In this document: positions 1 to 10,233 of the stretch, piece after piece
Numbering within the stretch: position 1 is the stretch's first letter
Layout of the letters: each line of letters opens with the position of its first letter
NCBI RefSeq assembly: GCF_027924185.1
Contig: NZ_BRVO01000003.1
Location: 271,968 to 335,967, forward strand
Direction of reading: 5' to 3'
DNA from: Neptunitalea lumnitzerae
GTDB lineage: Bacteria > Bacteroidota > Bacteroidia > Flavobacteriales > Flavobacteriaceae
Length of the DNA: 64,000 nt
Notes under the pieces: model-generated
Told to the model about the DNA's origin: nothing
What the model saw: only the letters and a program-made list of their open reading frames with translations
Database searches by the model: none
Program-made: the position numbers and the translations under genes

Positions 1-126
1 TGCCGTTATTCTGTTTTCTACTAAAAAAAGAATTACGTTAGCTTAGTACACAGGTTTTAATAATTGGCATCATTTAGTAGTATTGTACAAATCAACTAAT
101 AAAACTTTAAGGATATATAGAAATAG

Positions 127-306
127 AGTTTTAGGGTTTATGATACGGCTATAACTAATTGTAGCACTACACCTACCGTACAAGATATTGGTGATTTATT
201 TATTGGAAAATTTAATGGAAAACTTGATGACATTGCAATTCTCAATACGGAACTTACTCAATCGGAGATCACTTTATTATATGAATCAGAACCATGTTGT
301 GAATAG
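127..306 (+). pseudogene. C-terminal remnant of a LamG/concanavalin-like domain protein (no start codon, open frame from an in-frame stop)
   Basis: Translation ...IGDLFIGKFNGKLDDIAILNTELTQSEITLLYESEPCCE* resembles the terminal G-x-lDDv-iyN-aLs--EI motif of LamG domains. There is no ATG and only 60 codons. Confidence 0.25.
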
Positions 307-336
307 CGTACTGTTTACACCCAAAGTAAGCTGTAT

Positions 337-1215
337 TTAGTATTCAGTACTATCATATTTTGCTCTAATTAATTTCCAATATTCTTTTTCTAGTTTATAG
401 GGTCTTAAACCTATTGCTGTTCTGGTTTGGTCAATTTTCTCAAAATTTTTGATTTTGGTACTATCTACATTTTGATAAGCACCATAGGTAAAGATACCAA
501 TACTTCTTTGTCGGCTGTCAATCATAGCGGCAAGTTCACTTGGTGATGCCACACCGTTTCTAATAGACTTCATCAATTTTTGCTTAAAGAATGTCGTATC
601 TTTAAAATGCATTAACAAGGCTTGAATATTTGTATCTTCCAAATATGTAGAATATCCAATTAGTTTGTAATGTGGATAACCAAACTCAATGAAAATTTCT
701 TTCATTCTATTTTCGTTAATGCTATCAACAGCTATTCTTTCTTGCACGCTAAAATTACCATTTCTAACATTTTGGTCGGCTCTTTTCATTTTTATAATTT
801 CATTTCTCAACTCTTTATTTATTGATTTTTGAAATTCACTCTCCAATTCAGGTGCATCTTCTTTTAATTGTACCCATTGCTTTTTTGATTTGAGCACATC
901 AAATTCAGGATTATTGTTTAGCATCTCAAAGGTTAACCCATCCTCAAGAAGTCTGTATAAGTAAGGAAATGCCTTGTTTTCTTGCTTCACACGAACATAC
1001 AGTTCTGCAACTATTAAGGGTTCGTAAGTGCCTATTCTGTTTAATAAACCACACTTTGCCTCTACTTTTTTGAATAAATCAAGTGCTTTTTGATTTTCAT
1101 TTTTTAAATAATGAATTTCTGCTTGATATACAGTTTGGTAGTAATCAGAAATATAATCACACTTTTCACCTTTAAAAGTGAAGATTATAATTCCCATTAA
1201 TAAATATTTAATCAT
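337..1215 (-). CDS. hypothetical protein (292 aa)
   Basis: Long ORF in the track with no recognisable motif. N-terminus is hydrophobic. Confidence 0.55.
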   Translation of the reverse strand: MIKYLLMGIIIFTFKGEKCDYISDYYQTVYQAEIHYLKNENQKALDLFKKVEAKCGLLNRIGTYEPLIVAELYVRVKQENKAFPYLYRLLEDGLTFEMLNNNPEFDVLKSKKQWVQLKEDAPELESEFQKSINKELRNEIIKMKRADQNVRNGNFSVQERIAVDSINENRMKEIFIEFGYPHYKLIGYSTYLEDTNIQALLMHFKDTTFFKQKLMKSIRNGVASPSELAAMIDSRQRSIGIFTYGAYQNVDSTKIKNFEKIDQTRTAIGLRPYKLEKEYWKLIRAKYDSTEY

Positions 1216-1268
1216 TTTTTGATGCTTAATATTGCCTACAACTCGGTTGTATGATTGGTTTTTTACGG

Positions 1269-1790
1269 TTATTTAGGAGTTGTGTTACGCTTATCATTGT
1301 TGGCAAGTAGCTTTTTTTCCATTTCAATTGTTACCCAATTTTCATTTCCAACCTTTACATGTTTTATTGGTTTGTCAGTTTTTAGAAACCCAACTTTTTC
1401 ATAACATTTAATTGCTCCTATATTCCAAGTATATACATTTAGTATAATTCTTTCTTTTTTTAGATTATTAAACCCATATTCAGTTAGTTTATGTATCAAC
1501 TCCGTTCCGATTCCCTTTCCACGTAATGATTTTTCCCCGATTAAAATCCGAGCTAATTTCGCAACATTATCCTCTGGAATACTAATTTCCGCAATTCCGA
1601 TTGTCTCATTATTCTCGTTTTCTATTTTAAATACAGTTCTATTTGGTTCTGATAAATATAACTCTACTTGTTTTTTGTCAATTGGGAAAGTAAAAATTTG
1701 TCCAGCGAATCGGACTAATTCAGATTCACTTGAAATCCATTTTTTAAGATAATTCCAATCATCTATTTTAAATGATTTTAACTTTATCAC
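1269..1790 (-). CDS. GNAT family N-acetyltransferase
   Basis: 173 aa. Motif R-G-x-G-I-G (LRGKGIGTELI) followed by an N...Y..GF acetyl-CoA binding core typical of GNAT. Confidence 0.75.
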   Translation of the reverse strand: MIKLKSFKIDDWNYLKKWISSESELVRFAGQIFTFPIDKKQVELYLSEPNRTVFKIENENNETIGIAEISIPEDNVAKLARILIGEKSLRGKGIGTELIHKLTEYGFNNLKKERIILNVYTWNIGAIKCYEKVGFLKTDKPIKHVKVGNENWVTIEMEKKLLANNDKRNTTPK

Positions 1791-1964
1791 GATTGTTTTT
1801 TTAGCTTGCTTCCAACGGTTTGGCTATGGTTTCGTTACGTGAAAATCAGCGAGGATTTTCTGCCGTAAACCGAAGATAACATATTTGAGAGGACTTTCCA
1901 CAAGGAAAGTCAGAAGCAATGAAGTATAGCTGGTGTAACCGTTTTTAGGTGCAGTTTTTTTTCG

Positions 1965-2837
1965 TTAAATTAAATCAACGTACATTCTTAAATTTCTACC
2001 TCCATAAGATTCAATATAAACTGGATAAGAGCCATCACCCATAAAAGTATTGAAGGCAACCGCTGCTCCTTCGTGACCTTTTTCGTGAGTTAAAGCTCCA
2101 AATCCTTCGTCACTTGAGGTAGCATAGCAAGCACCTGCATAAGAATATGAATATTCAGATTTTCTATCAATCTTAATTCGTTCAAATCTTCTGGATTCCA
2201 ATAATTCATTAACCGTTTGTTCAAAGCCTTTTATTCTTTCATCAAAATGGTTAAAGTCTTTCTTATACTGATAGGTTTTTCCAGTTTTTTTATCCTTGAA
2301 AAGTCTCAAATTTTCATAGGACCGTTTTTTCCATTGAGAATCAATGTATAATGGGTCGGTCAACATCAATCGTCCACTATCTACATCTACATATCCAGCT
2401 AAACTTGTTTCTAATTCTTTGTCTTTGTCTAAAAAATCTGCAAATTCTCCAAAATCCTCAATTAGTTGGGAAATAGTATTTTGTAGTTCTCCTGTTTTTT
2501 GTAATTCGCTTTTAAACAGGAGTAGTTCTTCATTCTTTTTTTGGATTTCGAATGCGTGATTTTCTTTATCAAAGTTTAGTCGTTCAATTTCCTCTTCTCT
2601 AATTTTTATTCTTTTGCTTAATGCATTTTCAATAAAATCAGGTGTTTTTCTTTCTAATTCCGACACTCTGTCTTTCCATAAATTGAGGTTTTTTTCTACA
2701 ACTTTTATTTGTTCATCTTTAGCTGTAACTGTTGCTTTTAAATTCTGAATATATGCTTTGTAAATCCAGCCAGCAGCTCCAAGAGCAAAAGCATTGATGA
2801 TAAGTTGAATCCATTTAATGAAATCTTCTGGGTTCAT
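1965..2837 (-). CDS. membrane-anchored coiled-coil protein, function unknown
   Basis: N-terminal hydrophobic helix (IQLIINAFALGAAGWIY), long K/E-rich heptad region, C-terminal globular part. Confidence 0.55.
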   Translation of the reverse strand: MNPEDFIKWIQLIINAFALGAAGWIYKAYIQNLKATVTAKDEQIKVVEKNLNLWKDRVSELERKTPDFIENALSKRIKIREEEIERLNFDKENHAFEIQKKNEELLLFKSELQKTGELQNTISQLIEDFGEFADFLDKDKELETSLAGYVDVDSGRLMLTDPLYIDSQWKKRSYENLRLFKDKKTGKTYQYKKDFNHFDERIKGFEQTVNELLESRRFERIKIDRKSEYSYSYAGACYATSSDEGFGALTHEKGHEGAAVAFNTFMGDGSYPVYIESYGGRNLRMYVDLI

Positions 2838-3144
2838 ATGTTTTTAAATTGCACCTAACTCCTTATATAAGGATAAACATACACAATATTCCGTGTTATT
2901 GGCCTAATAAGAGGAGCTCTTGTTTATTATTTGTATAACCCAAATATAACACTTTACGTATATATATTCACGGATACCCATAAAAAGTATAAAAACAACA
3001 AGCAGCAGCATGCCGTTGCACATGCTATTCGTATTTAGAATGTACTCAGAAACCAGTCTCTAAAATAAAACCCAACAATTAACCATACCCACCAAACAAA
3101 AAAATCCCTCTCTAAAATTAGAGAGGGATTTTCCCTTTTTCCGT

Positions 3145-3219
3145 CGGGGTGGCAGGATTCGAACCTGCGACCTCCTGCTCCCAAAGCAGGCGCGATAACC
3201 GGGCTACGCTACACCCCGA
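3145..3219 (-). tRNA. tRNA-Pro (anticodon TGG)
   Basis: Reverse complement CGGGGTG..TAGCCCGGTTA..CCTGC-TTTGGGA-GCAGG..GGTTCGAATCC..CACCCCG-A folds as a cloverleaf with a 7-bp acceptor stem and anticodon UGG. Confidence 0.8.
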
Positions 3220-3483
3220 AAGTGCAAATTTCCATTTGCGAGGGTGCAAATATAGTAATTCTATTTACGCCTACAACTATATTTTAAAAAATATTGCAAT
3301 CTTTTTAAAGCGCCCTGCTTCCCGCATCTCTTATACTAAAGTCAATCTGTTGGGTATGCCAAACATAATTATGTATATTACAATTACTTAAATTACACTT
3401 ATGAAAAAACTAGGCGCTTTTCTACTTCCTTTTTTTGGTAGCATGTAATTCAAATAAAAAACAGCATACCCAACTAATGCCAA

Positions 3484-3723
3484 GTGCACAGAAAGCACCT
3501 CCCCTCCCCTAAAGAAGAAAAAAGAACCGCCAGTATACAAGCTATAAAAGATGATTTAAAAGGTGAGATTATAGTCAACGGAAAAACCTACCTTAACATG
3601 ATGATGCCTATGGGATTATTAGATAAGGAAGTAGCCGATGTAATGAATTATATATCTAACAGCTGGAGCAATACAAACACGAATATGGTAACTGTAGATG
3701 ATGTAGTAAAGGTTATTAAATAA
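3484..3723 (+). pseudogene. cytochrome c-like C-terminal fragment (no CXXCH heme motif)
   Basis: 79 aa ORF ending ...MMMPMGLLDKEVADVMNYISNSWSN... resembles the distal part of class I c-type cytochrome domains but lacks the heme-binding CXXCH. Confidence 0.35.
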
Positions 3724-3846
3724 ACTATTTAGGTACTCTATTACAATCCTAATTGTACTTTAGAATCGATAAGGTTGTAGTATTAATTCTTAGTTAAACT
3801 CATTTACAAAATATGCCAAAAGGGCTTTTATTCGCACCTTTGCATA

Positions 3847-5073
3847 ATGTTAAAACGTATAGCCCAATCCCAACCCAAAATAACCACCGATAACCATGCG
3901 GTTATCTACTATGTACTTGGTACCCTTATAGCCTTAGGTCCGTTTTCTATAGACATGTACCTACAGGCATTTGAAAATATTGCAACAGATTTTCATACCA
4001 CCAAACACGCCGTAGAGTTATCTTTAACCAGTTATTTTATTGGTATATCGTTAGGGCAATTAGCCTATGGGCCTATCATGGATAAATATGGTAGGCGTAA
4101 CCCTCAGCTTATAGGTTTACTTATTTATATAATAGCGGCTTTTGCGTGTTACTTTGCTACTTCCCTTACTTGGTTAGTGATTGCACGATTCTTTTTAGCG
4201 GTGGGTGCTTCTGCAGGTATGGTAGCATCTAAAGCAGTGGTAAGAGATATTTTTAAAAACAATATGGACGTTGCCAGAGCCATGTCGTTCTTAATGCTAA
4301 TCATGGGGGCTGCTCCTATTTTGGCTCCATATGCCGGACAATTAGTTGTAAACCATTTTAATTGGGAATATATCTTCTTATTTTTAGGAGGTTTTTCTAT
4401 TCTAATGTTTTTCAATGTACTTTTTCTATTACCCGAAAGTTCAACACCCAACAAAAAGGTAAGCCTAAAACCATTAAGCATTTTAGATAAGTATATAGGT
4501 ATCCTTTCTAATCCTGAGTTTTTTACATTTTCTATAGCAGGGGGCTTTACCATTGGGGCTATGTTTGCTTACGTGAGTGATGCCGCAATACTGTTTCAGG
4601 ATGTTTACGGAATAGAAAACTTTGGGTTACTAGTAGGACTTAATGCACTTGGTTTAATTGCAGGTAGCCAAATTAACCGATACATTATTAAAAAAATTGG
4701 GGTACTACAACTTACGCTTAAAATAAGCATTATGCTTATTATTATAGCTGTACTGTTTTTAATTAACGTACTTACGTTTAACAACTTCTATGCATCGTTT
4801 GTGTTACTGTTTATCATGATGACGTTCTTAGGGTTTCAGAATCCTAATTGCACCTCATTATCATTAAACCCATTTGGTAAAAAAGCCGGGCGTGCTTCGG
4901 CATTGGTAGGTAGTATTAAAATGATTTTTGGGGCTATTACCTCCGGGGTATTAAGTGGTATTGGTATAAAATCTGCATTACCACTGGCAATAATTTCATT
5001 AGTTCTATATATACTTAGTGCTTTATTATTGTTTAGATACAACAAAAGAGTTAAACTCTATAGAAATAGATAA
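3847..5073 (+). CDS. bcr: MFS transporter, Bcr/CflA multidrug efflux family
   Basis: 408 aa, 12 predicted TM helices, MFS motif GPIMDKYGRR between TM2 and TM3. Confidence 0.85.
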   Translation: MLKRIAQSQPKITTDNHAVIYYVLGTLIALGPFSIDMYLQAFENIATDFHTTKHAVELSLTSYFIGISLGQLAYGPIMDKYGRRNPQLIGLLIYIIAAFACYFATSLTWLVIARFFLAVGASAGMVASKAVVRDIFKNNMDVARAMSFLMLIMGAAPILAPYAGQLVVNHFNWEYIFLFLGGFSILMFFNVLFLLPESSTPNKKVSLKPLSILDKYIGILSNPEFFTFSIAGGFTIGAMFAYVSDAAILFQDVYGIENFGLLVGLNALGLIAGSQINRYIIKKIGVLQLTLKISIMLIIIAVLFLINVLTFNNFYASFVLLFIMMTFLGFQNPNCTSLSLNPFGKKAGRASALVGSIKMIFGAITSGVLSGIGIKSALPLAIISLVLYILSALLLFRYNKRVKLYRNR

Positions 5074-5146
5074 AAAGTAAACGCAATTCTTTAAGTAAAC
5101 GTTCTTATTCCTATTTTTGCCGTATTAGAATTATTTTAGAATAGTT

Positions 5147-5755
5147 ATGCTTATTATAGGAATTGCCGGTGGAACCGGTTGTGGAAAAACTACAGTTGTC
5201 AATCAAATTATTAACGAACTACCCGATGCGGAAGTGGGCGTTATTTCTCAAGATTCTTATTATCAGGAGACATCGCACTTAAGCTACGAGGAACGTACCA
5301 AAATTAATTTTGATCACCCTAGGGCTATCGATTTTGATTTGATGAAAGAACATCTTTCTCAACTAAAGGCAGGGAAAAGTATAGACCAGCCTGTGTACTC
5401 ATTTGTAAAACACAACCGTACCAACGATACTATTTTAACCCACCCTAGAAAGGTGATGATTGTGGAGGGTATTTTAATTTTTACCCACCCTGATATTAGA
5501 GCACTATTTGATATTAAAATATTTGTTCATGCCGACTCTGATGAGCGTCTTATACGAAGACTTAAAAGAGATATAGCAGAACGTGGTAGAGATATAGACG
5601 AGGTTTTAAACCGTTACCAAAATACTTTAAAACCTATGCACCAACAATTTATTGAGCCTACTAAAGAGTATGCAGATATTATTATACCAAACAATAAATA
5701 CAATACCGTAGCGGTTAATATTGTACGTACCATTATTAACGAACGTCTACTGTAA
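5147..5755 (+). CDS. udk: uridine kinase
   Basis: P-loop GIAGGTGCGKTT at the N-terminus and uridine kinase core (DHPRAIDFDL, IVEGIL). Confidence 0.9.
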   Translation: MLIIGIAGGTGCGKTTVVNQIINELPDAEVGVISQDSYYQETSHLSYEERTKINFDHPRAIDFDLMKEHLSQLKAGKSIDQPVYSFVKHNRTNDTILTHPRKVMIVEGILIFTHPDIRALFDIKIFVHADSDERLIRRLKRDIAERGRDIDEVLNRYQNTLKPMHQQFIEPTKEYADIIIPNNKYNTVAVNIVRTIINERLL

Positions 5756-5759
5756 CAAA

Positions 5760-6089
5760 ATGATGAACAAACTAAAAGAGCTTTTAAATAATAAATGGTT
5801 CAAATTATTTAGCAACATTTACGTAATTGTAAGTGTGGCCTTTATTATTTGGATGCTCTTTTTTGATGCCAATTCTTGGTACTTTACGCATAGCGAATTA
5901 GACAAGGAAGTAATTAAGCTACGCGAACAACAAAAGCATTTGAGATTGGAAATTGAAAAAGATAAAGCACTGATAAAACAGCTGCAAGATTCTGCTACAC
6001 TAGAAAAATTTGCTCGTGAAAAATACTACTATAAAAAAGATAACGAGGAAATTTATATTATAGAAGATGCAGATACTCCTGAAGAGTAG
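5760..6089 (+). CDS. septum formation initiator (FtsB/DivIC-like) protein
   Basis: Single TM helix followed by a coiled coil (LREQQKHLRLEIEKDKALIKQLQD). Start moved to the ATG at 5760 just after the udk stop. This follows udk as in other Flavobacteriia. Confidence 0.7.
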   Translation: MMNKLKELLNNKWFKLFSNIYVIVSVAFIIWMLFFDANSWYFTHSELDKEVIKLREQQKHLRLEIEKDKALIKQLQDSATLEKFAREKYYYKKDNEEIYIIEDADTPEE

Positions 6090-6340
6090 CTATACCCTAT
6101 AATACTACCTGAAAGTGCCAGTTCTTATTTTGTATTAAAAAGTTAGATTTTTGCTCAAAACTAGTCAATCATAGCAATAAGCTACATTATTTTAGCGAAT
6201 ATACACAGCGAAAACCTTTTAGTAATCTATTGGAGTCATTGTGTTTACTAGGTAAATGACTAGTTCTTAAAACTGGCTCCATTTTTTTAAAGATCAAGTT
6301 TTTTTTACGAATTTTGAAAAGACAGTAGACGCCATACACT

Positions 6341-7723
6341 ATGAACAAGCAATTATTTGACGACTTTAGTGAGGTTTCCGCAAAACAGTGGAAGCAAAAA
6401 ATTCAGTTTGATCTAAAAGGAAAAGACTATAATGAAACCCTTATTTGGAAAACCACAGAGGGTATTGATGTTAAACCTTTTTATACAGATGAAGATACAC
6501 AAGACACTTTTAAAGCACCGGTTAATAATGAGCAATGGCTTATTAACCAAAAGGTTTACGCAGGCGATGAAAAAATAGCCGCTAAGCTTGCTTTAGATTA
6601 TATTGCCAGAGGTGCAGAAAGCATCCGATTTGAAATACCTTCTGATAGTACACATTTAGATGTTTTACTAAAAGACTTTCCATTTGAAACTACACCAGTA
6701 TACTTATACTTTCATTTTCTATCGCAACAATTTATAGAAGAAGCGCAAGCATTTTTAAGTGCCAAAAATGCTAAGGGGTACATGGTATTAGATATTATTG
6801 GTAACTTGGCAGAAACAGGTAATTGGTATCAAAGTTTAACAGAAGACCATGAGGTATTAGAAAATGCTTTGGCACACCAACAAAGTTTTCCGTTGGCTGT
6901 AGGTATAGATACTAGCATTTACCAAAATGCAGGTGCCAATTGCACCCAACAGTTAGCCTATGCCATGGGGCATGTAAATGAGTACCTTAACCATTTACAA
7001 AACAAACCGTATTTTAAAGAGTTAACCTTTGTATTTGATGTTGCAGTAGGTACTAATTACTTCTTTGAAATTAGCAAACTAAAAGCACTACGTACCTTAT
7101 GGAACACGTTGTCTGATGCATACGAGATAACCAACAACTGCTTTATTTACGCCACACCTACTAAACGTAACAAAACTATTTACGATTACAATGTAAATAT
7201 GCTGCGCACAACTACCGAGTGTATGAGTGCTATTTTAGGTGGTGCCGACGCAGTAGCTAATATGCCATACGATGGCTTGTTTCATAAAGAAAATGAGTTT
7301 GGTAACCGCATTGCTCGTAATCAACTGCTTATTTTAAAACATGAGAGCTACTTTAACTTGGTTAACAACCCAACGGAAGGTACATACTATATTGAAAGTA
7401 TTACCAAACAACTGGCAGAAAAAGCTTTAGCGGTTTTTAAAAGCATAGAAGCAGGTGGCGGATTTTTAGCGCAGCTAAAATCACATATTATTCAGAAAAA
7501 AATAAAAGAAAGTGCTGCAGAAGAGCAAGCCTTATTTGATGCTAATGAGTTGGTGGCTATTGGTACCAACAAGTACCCGAATCCGCAAGACGTAATGAAA
7601 AACGACTTGCAACTATATCCGTTTGTAAAAACCGATGTAAAGAAAACATTGATTGAGCCAATTTTTGGCAAACGCCTATCGGAAGCATTAGAAAAAGAAC
7701 GCTTAGCTGAGGAAAAGCAATAA
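6341..7723 (+). CDS. mutA: methylmalonyl-CoA mutase small (beta) subunit
   Basis: 460 aa mutase-like TIM-barrel sequence without a B12-binding motif, directly upstream of the large subunit. Confidence 0.8.
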   Translation: MNKQLFDDFSEVSAKQWKQKIQFDLKGKDYNETLIWKTTEGIDVKPFYTDEDTQDTFKAPVNNEQWLINQKVYAGDEKIAAKLALDYIARGAESIRFEIPSDSTHLDVLLKDFPFETTPVYLYFHFLSQQFIEEAQAFLSAKNAKGYMVLDIIGNLAETGNWYQSLTEDHEVLENALAHQQSFPLAVGIDTSIYQNAGANCTQQLAYAMGHVNEYLNHLQNKPYFKELTFVFDVAVGTNYFFEISKLKALRTLWNTLSDAYEITNNCFIYATPTKRNKTIYDYNVNMLRTTTECMSAILGGADAVANMPYDGLFHKENEFGNRIARNQLLILKHESYFNLVNNPTEGTYYIESITKQLAEKALAVFKSIEAGGGFLAQLKSHIIQKKIKESAAEEQALFDANELVAIGTNKYPNPQDVMKNDLQLYPFVKTDVKKTLIEPIFGKRLSEALEKERLAEEKQ

Positions 7724-7745
7724 ACGTAAACAAAAAACAAAACGT

Positions 7746-9869
7746 ATGAGCAGAAAAGACATACAGAGTTTAACGTTAAAAAGTGCAGTAGCCACACCTA
7801 CCACTGCAGCAGAAGGTTTTACCACTGCAGAAGGTATTACCGTTAAAAAAGAATACACTGAAACCGATATAGAAAACGCAGAACATTTACACTTTGCCGC
7901 TGGGATTGCTCCTAATCTTCGTGGGCCGTACAGTACAATGTATGTGATACGTCCGTGGACCATTAGACAATACGCAGGGTTTTCTACGGCAGAAGAAAGT
8001 AATGCCTTTTACAGACGTAATTTAGCTGCCGGACAAAAAGGACTTTCTGTAGCATTTGACTTAGCCACGCACCGAGGGTATGACAGTGACCATGAACGTG
8101 TAGTGGGCGATGTTGGTAAAGCAGGGGTTGCTATTGATTCTGTAGAAGATATGAAAATATTATTCGATCAGATTCCTTTAGATAAAATGTCGGTATCTAT
8201 GACTATGAACGGGGCCGTATTACCCATTATGGCCTTTTACATTGTAGCTGCGGAAGAACAAGGGGTAAGTCCTGACCTATTATCGGGTACCATACAAAAC
8301 GATATTTTAAAGGAATTTATGGTGCGTAATACATACATCTACCCACCTACTCCTTCCATGAAAATTATTGCTGATATTTTTGAATATACCAGCAAAAACA
8401 TGCCACGCTTTAACAGCATTAGTATTTCTGGTTATCACATGCAAGAGGCAGGTGCAACTGCCGATATTGAATTGGCTTATACCCTATCAGACGGTTTAGA
8501 ATACATACGTACAGGACTAAAAGCAGGAATGGATATTGATAGCTTTGCTCCACGTCTTTCATTTTTCTGGGCTATTGGTATGAATCATTTTATGGAAATA
8601 GCAAAAATGAGAGCTGGGCGTATGCTATGGGCAAAATTGGTTAATCAATTTAGTCCTAAAAATGCTAAATCATTGGCATTGCGTACACACTGCCAAACCA
8701 GCGGATGGAGTTTAACAGAACAAGACCCGTTTAACAATGTTGCACGTACGTGCATAGAAGCAGCAGCAGCAGCATTTGGAGGTACTCAAAGTTTACACAC
8801 CAATGCACTTGATGAAGCTATTGCCTTACCTACCGATTTTTCGGCGCGTATTGCACGTAACACACAGTTATATCTGCAACAAGAAACCCATATTACCAAA
8901 ACAGTAGACCCTTGGGCTGGTAGTTATTACATTGAAAATCTGACCAAAGAAATTGCAGATAAAGCCTGGAAACTTATTGAAGAAGTTGAAGAGTTAGGTG
9001 GAATGACCAAAGCTATTGAAGCAGGTATTCCTAAAATGCGCATTGAAGAAGCTGCAGCAAGAAAACAAGCACGTATAGATAGTGGACAAGATATTATTGT
9101 GGGGGTTAATAAATACCGCTTAAAACAAGAAGATCCGCTACAAATATTAGAGGTAGACAACCAAGAAGTACGCAGACAGCAAATTGCACGCTTGGAAAAA
9201 ATAAAAGCCACTAGAGACAACCAGGCAGTAACGGAGGCTTTAGCTAAAATAACCGAAGCAGCTAAAACCGGTAAAGATAATTTACTAGCGCTTGCAGTAG
9301 ATGCTGCCAGAAAAAGAGCTACCTTAGGAGAAATTAGTGACGCCATGGAGGCGGTATTTGGAAGATACAAAGCAAAAATTCAATCGTTTAACGGAGTGTA
9401 TAGTAAAGAAATTAAAGACGATGATAGTTTTGCAAAAGCAAAACAAATGGCAGATGCCTTTGCCGAAGCAGAAGGTAGACGCCCCCGTATTATGATTGCC
9501 AAAATGGGACAAGACGGGCACGACCGTGGGGCTAAAGTAGTAGCCACTGGCTACGCCGATGTGGGCTTTGATGTAGATATAGGTCCGTTATTTCAAACCC
9601 CGGCAGAAGCCGCCAAACAAGCTGTGGAAAATGATGTCCATATTTTAGGGGTATCATCCTTAGCAGCCGGACATAAAACTCTGGTTCCGCAAGTAATTGA
9701 AGAACTTAAAAAGTATGATAGAGAAGATATTATGGTTATTGTTGGTGGTGTAATACCGCAACAAGATTATGATTATCTGTTTAAATCTGGAGCAGTAGCC
9801 GTATTTGGTCCTGGTACTAAAATCAGTGACGCTGCTATTCAAATATTAGAAATTCTGAGCGAAGAGTAA
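7746..9869 (+). CDS. mutB: methylmalonyl-CoA mutase large (alpha) subunit, B12-dependent
   Basis: 707 aa. Mutase substrate barrel plus C-terminal cobalamin-binding domain with a D-x-H-x-x-G motif ([13 protein letters not shown]). Confidence 0.92.
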   Translation: MSRKDIQSLTLKSAVATPTTAAEGFTTAEGITVKKEYTETDIENAEHLHFAAGIAPNLRGPYSTMYVIRPWTIRQYAGFSTAEESNAFYRRNLAAGQKGLSVAFDLATHRGYDSDHERVVGDVGKAGVAIDSVEDMKILFDQIPLDKMSVSMTMNGAVLPIMAFYIVAAEEQGVSPDLLSGTIQNDILKEFMVRNTYIYPPTPSMKIIADIFEYTSKNMPRFNSISISGYHMQEAGATADIELAYTLSDGLEYIRTGLKAGMDIDSFAPRLSFFWAIGMNHFMEIAKMRAGRMLWAKLVNQFSPKNAKSLALRTHCQTSGWSLTEQDPFNNVARTCIEAAAAAFGGTQSLHTNALDEAIALPTDFSARIARNTQLYLQQETHITKTVDPWAGSYYIENLTKEIADKAWKLIEEVEELGGMTKAIEAGIPKMRIEEAAARKQARIDSGQDIIVGVNKYRLKQEDPLQILEVDNQEVRRQQIARLEKIKATRDNQAVTEALAKITEAAKTGKDNLLALAVDAARKRATLGEISDAMEAVFGRYKAKIQSFNGVYSKEIKDDDSFAKAKQMADAFAEAEGRRPRIMIAKMGQDGHDRGAKVVATGYADVGFDVDIGPLFQTPAEAAKQAVENDVHILGVSSLAAGHKTLVPQVIEELKKYDREDIMVIVGGVIPQQDYDYLFKSGAVAVFGPGTKISDAAIQILEILSEE

Positions 9870-9914
9870 TTTCTAGTTACTCAGAAAACAAGTATATTTG
9901 CATCCCATTAATTA

Positions 9915-9988
9915 CGGGATGTAGCGCAGTCTGGTAGCGTACACGCATGGGGTGCGTGTGGTCGCTGGTTCGAATCCAGTCATCCCGA
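9915..9988 (+). tRNA. tRNA-Pro (anticodon GGG)
   Basis: CGGGATG-TA-GCGC-AGTCTGGTA-GCGT..CACGC-ATGGGGT-GCGTG..GCTGG-TTCGAAT-CCAGT-CATCCCG-A. Cloverleaf with anticodon GGG. Confidence 0.75.
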
Positions 9989-10000
9989 CGAAAAACAAAA

Positions 10001-10030
10001 AAGTCTTGAATCTTCAAGACTTTTTTATTT
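10001..10030 (+). terminator. Rho-independent terminator after the mutAB-tRNA unit
   Basis: Stem AAGTCTTGAA / TTCAAGACTT with a 2-nt loop, followed by TTTTTTATTT. Confidence 0.7.
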
Positions 10031-10233
10031 CTAGGAACATTTAATTTTAAGTTTTTTCTTCCTTTTAAGATCGGTTTAACATACAAAATACAATATATGC
10101 TATAGATTAACGTTTCTATGACATTTTTTTTAGCATAGAAAGAAGTATTTTATTTATTTTAGACCAAATTCCATTTCGTTCTATTAAAGGTTATGGTTTT
10201 TTGCCCCATTATAATAACTCTAATAACTATTAA

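Noticed and set aside
3149-3391. 80-aa plus-strand ORF (MAGFEPATSCSQ...)
   Set aside because: It is the antisense translation of the tRNA-Pro(TGG) gene and flanking AT-rich DNA. No coding signal.
5721-5759. Upstream extension of the FtsB-like ORF (start at 5721, overlapping udk)
   Set aside because: An ATG at 5760 immediately after the udk stop gives a conventional non-overlapping start. The extension adds only a non-conserved peptide.
9877-10086. 69-aa minus-strand ORF overlapping the tRNA-Pro(GGG) and terminator
   Set aside because: It overlaps a well-formed tRNA and an intrinsic terminator, which is a classic spurious ORF.
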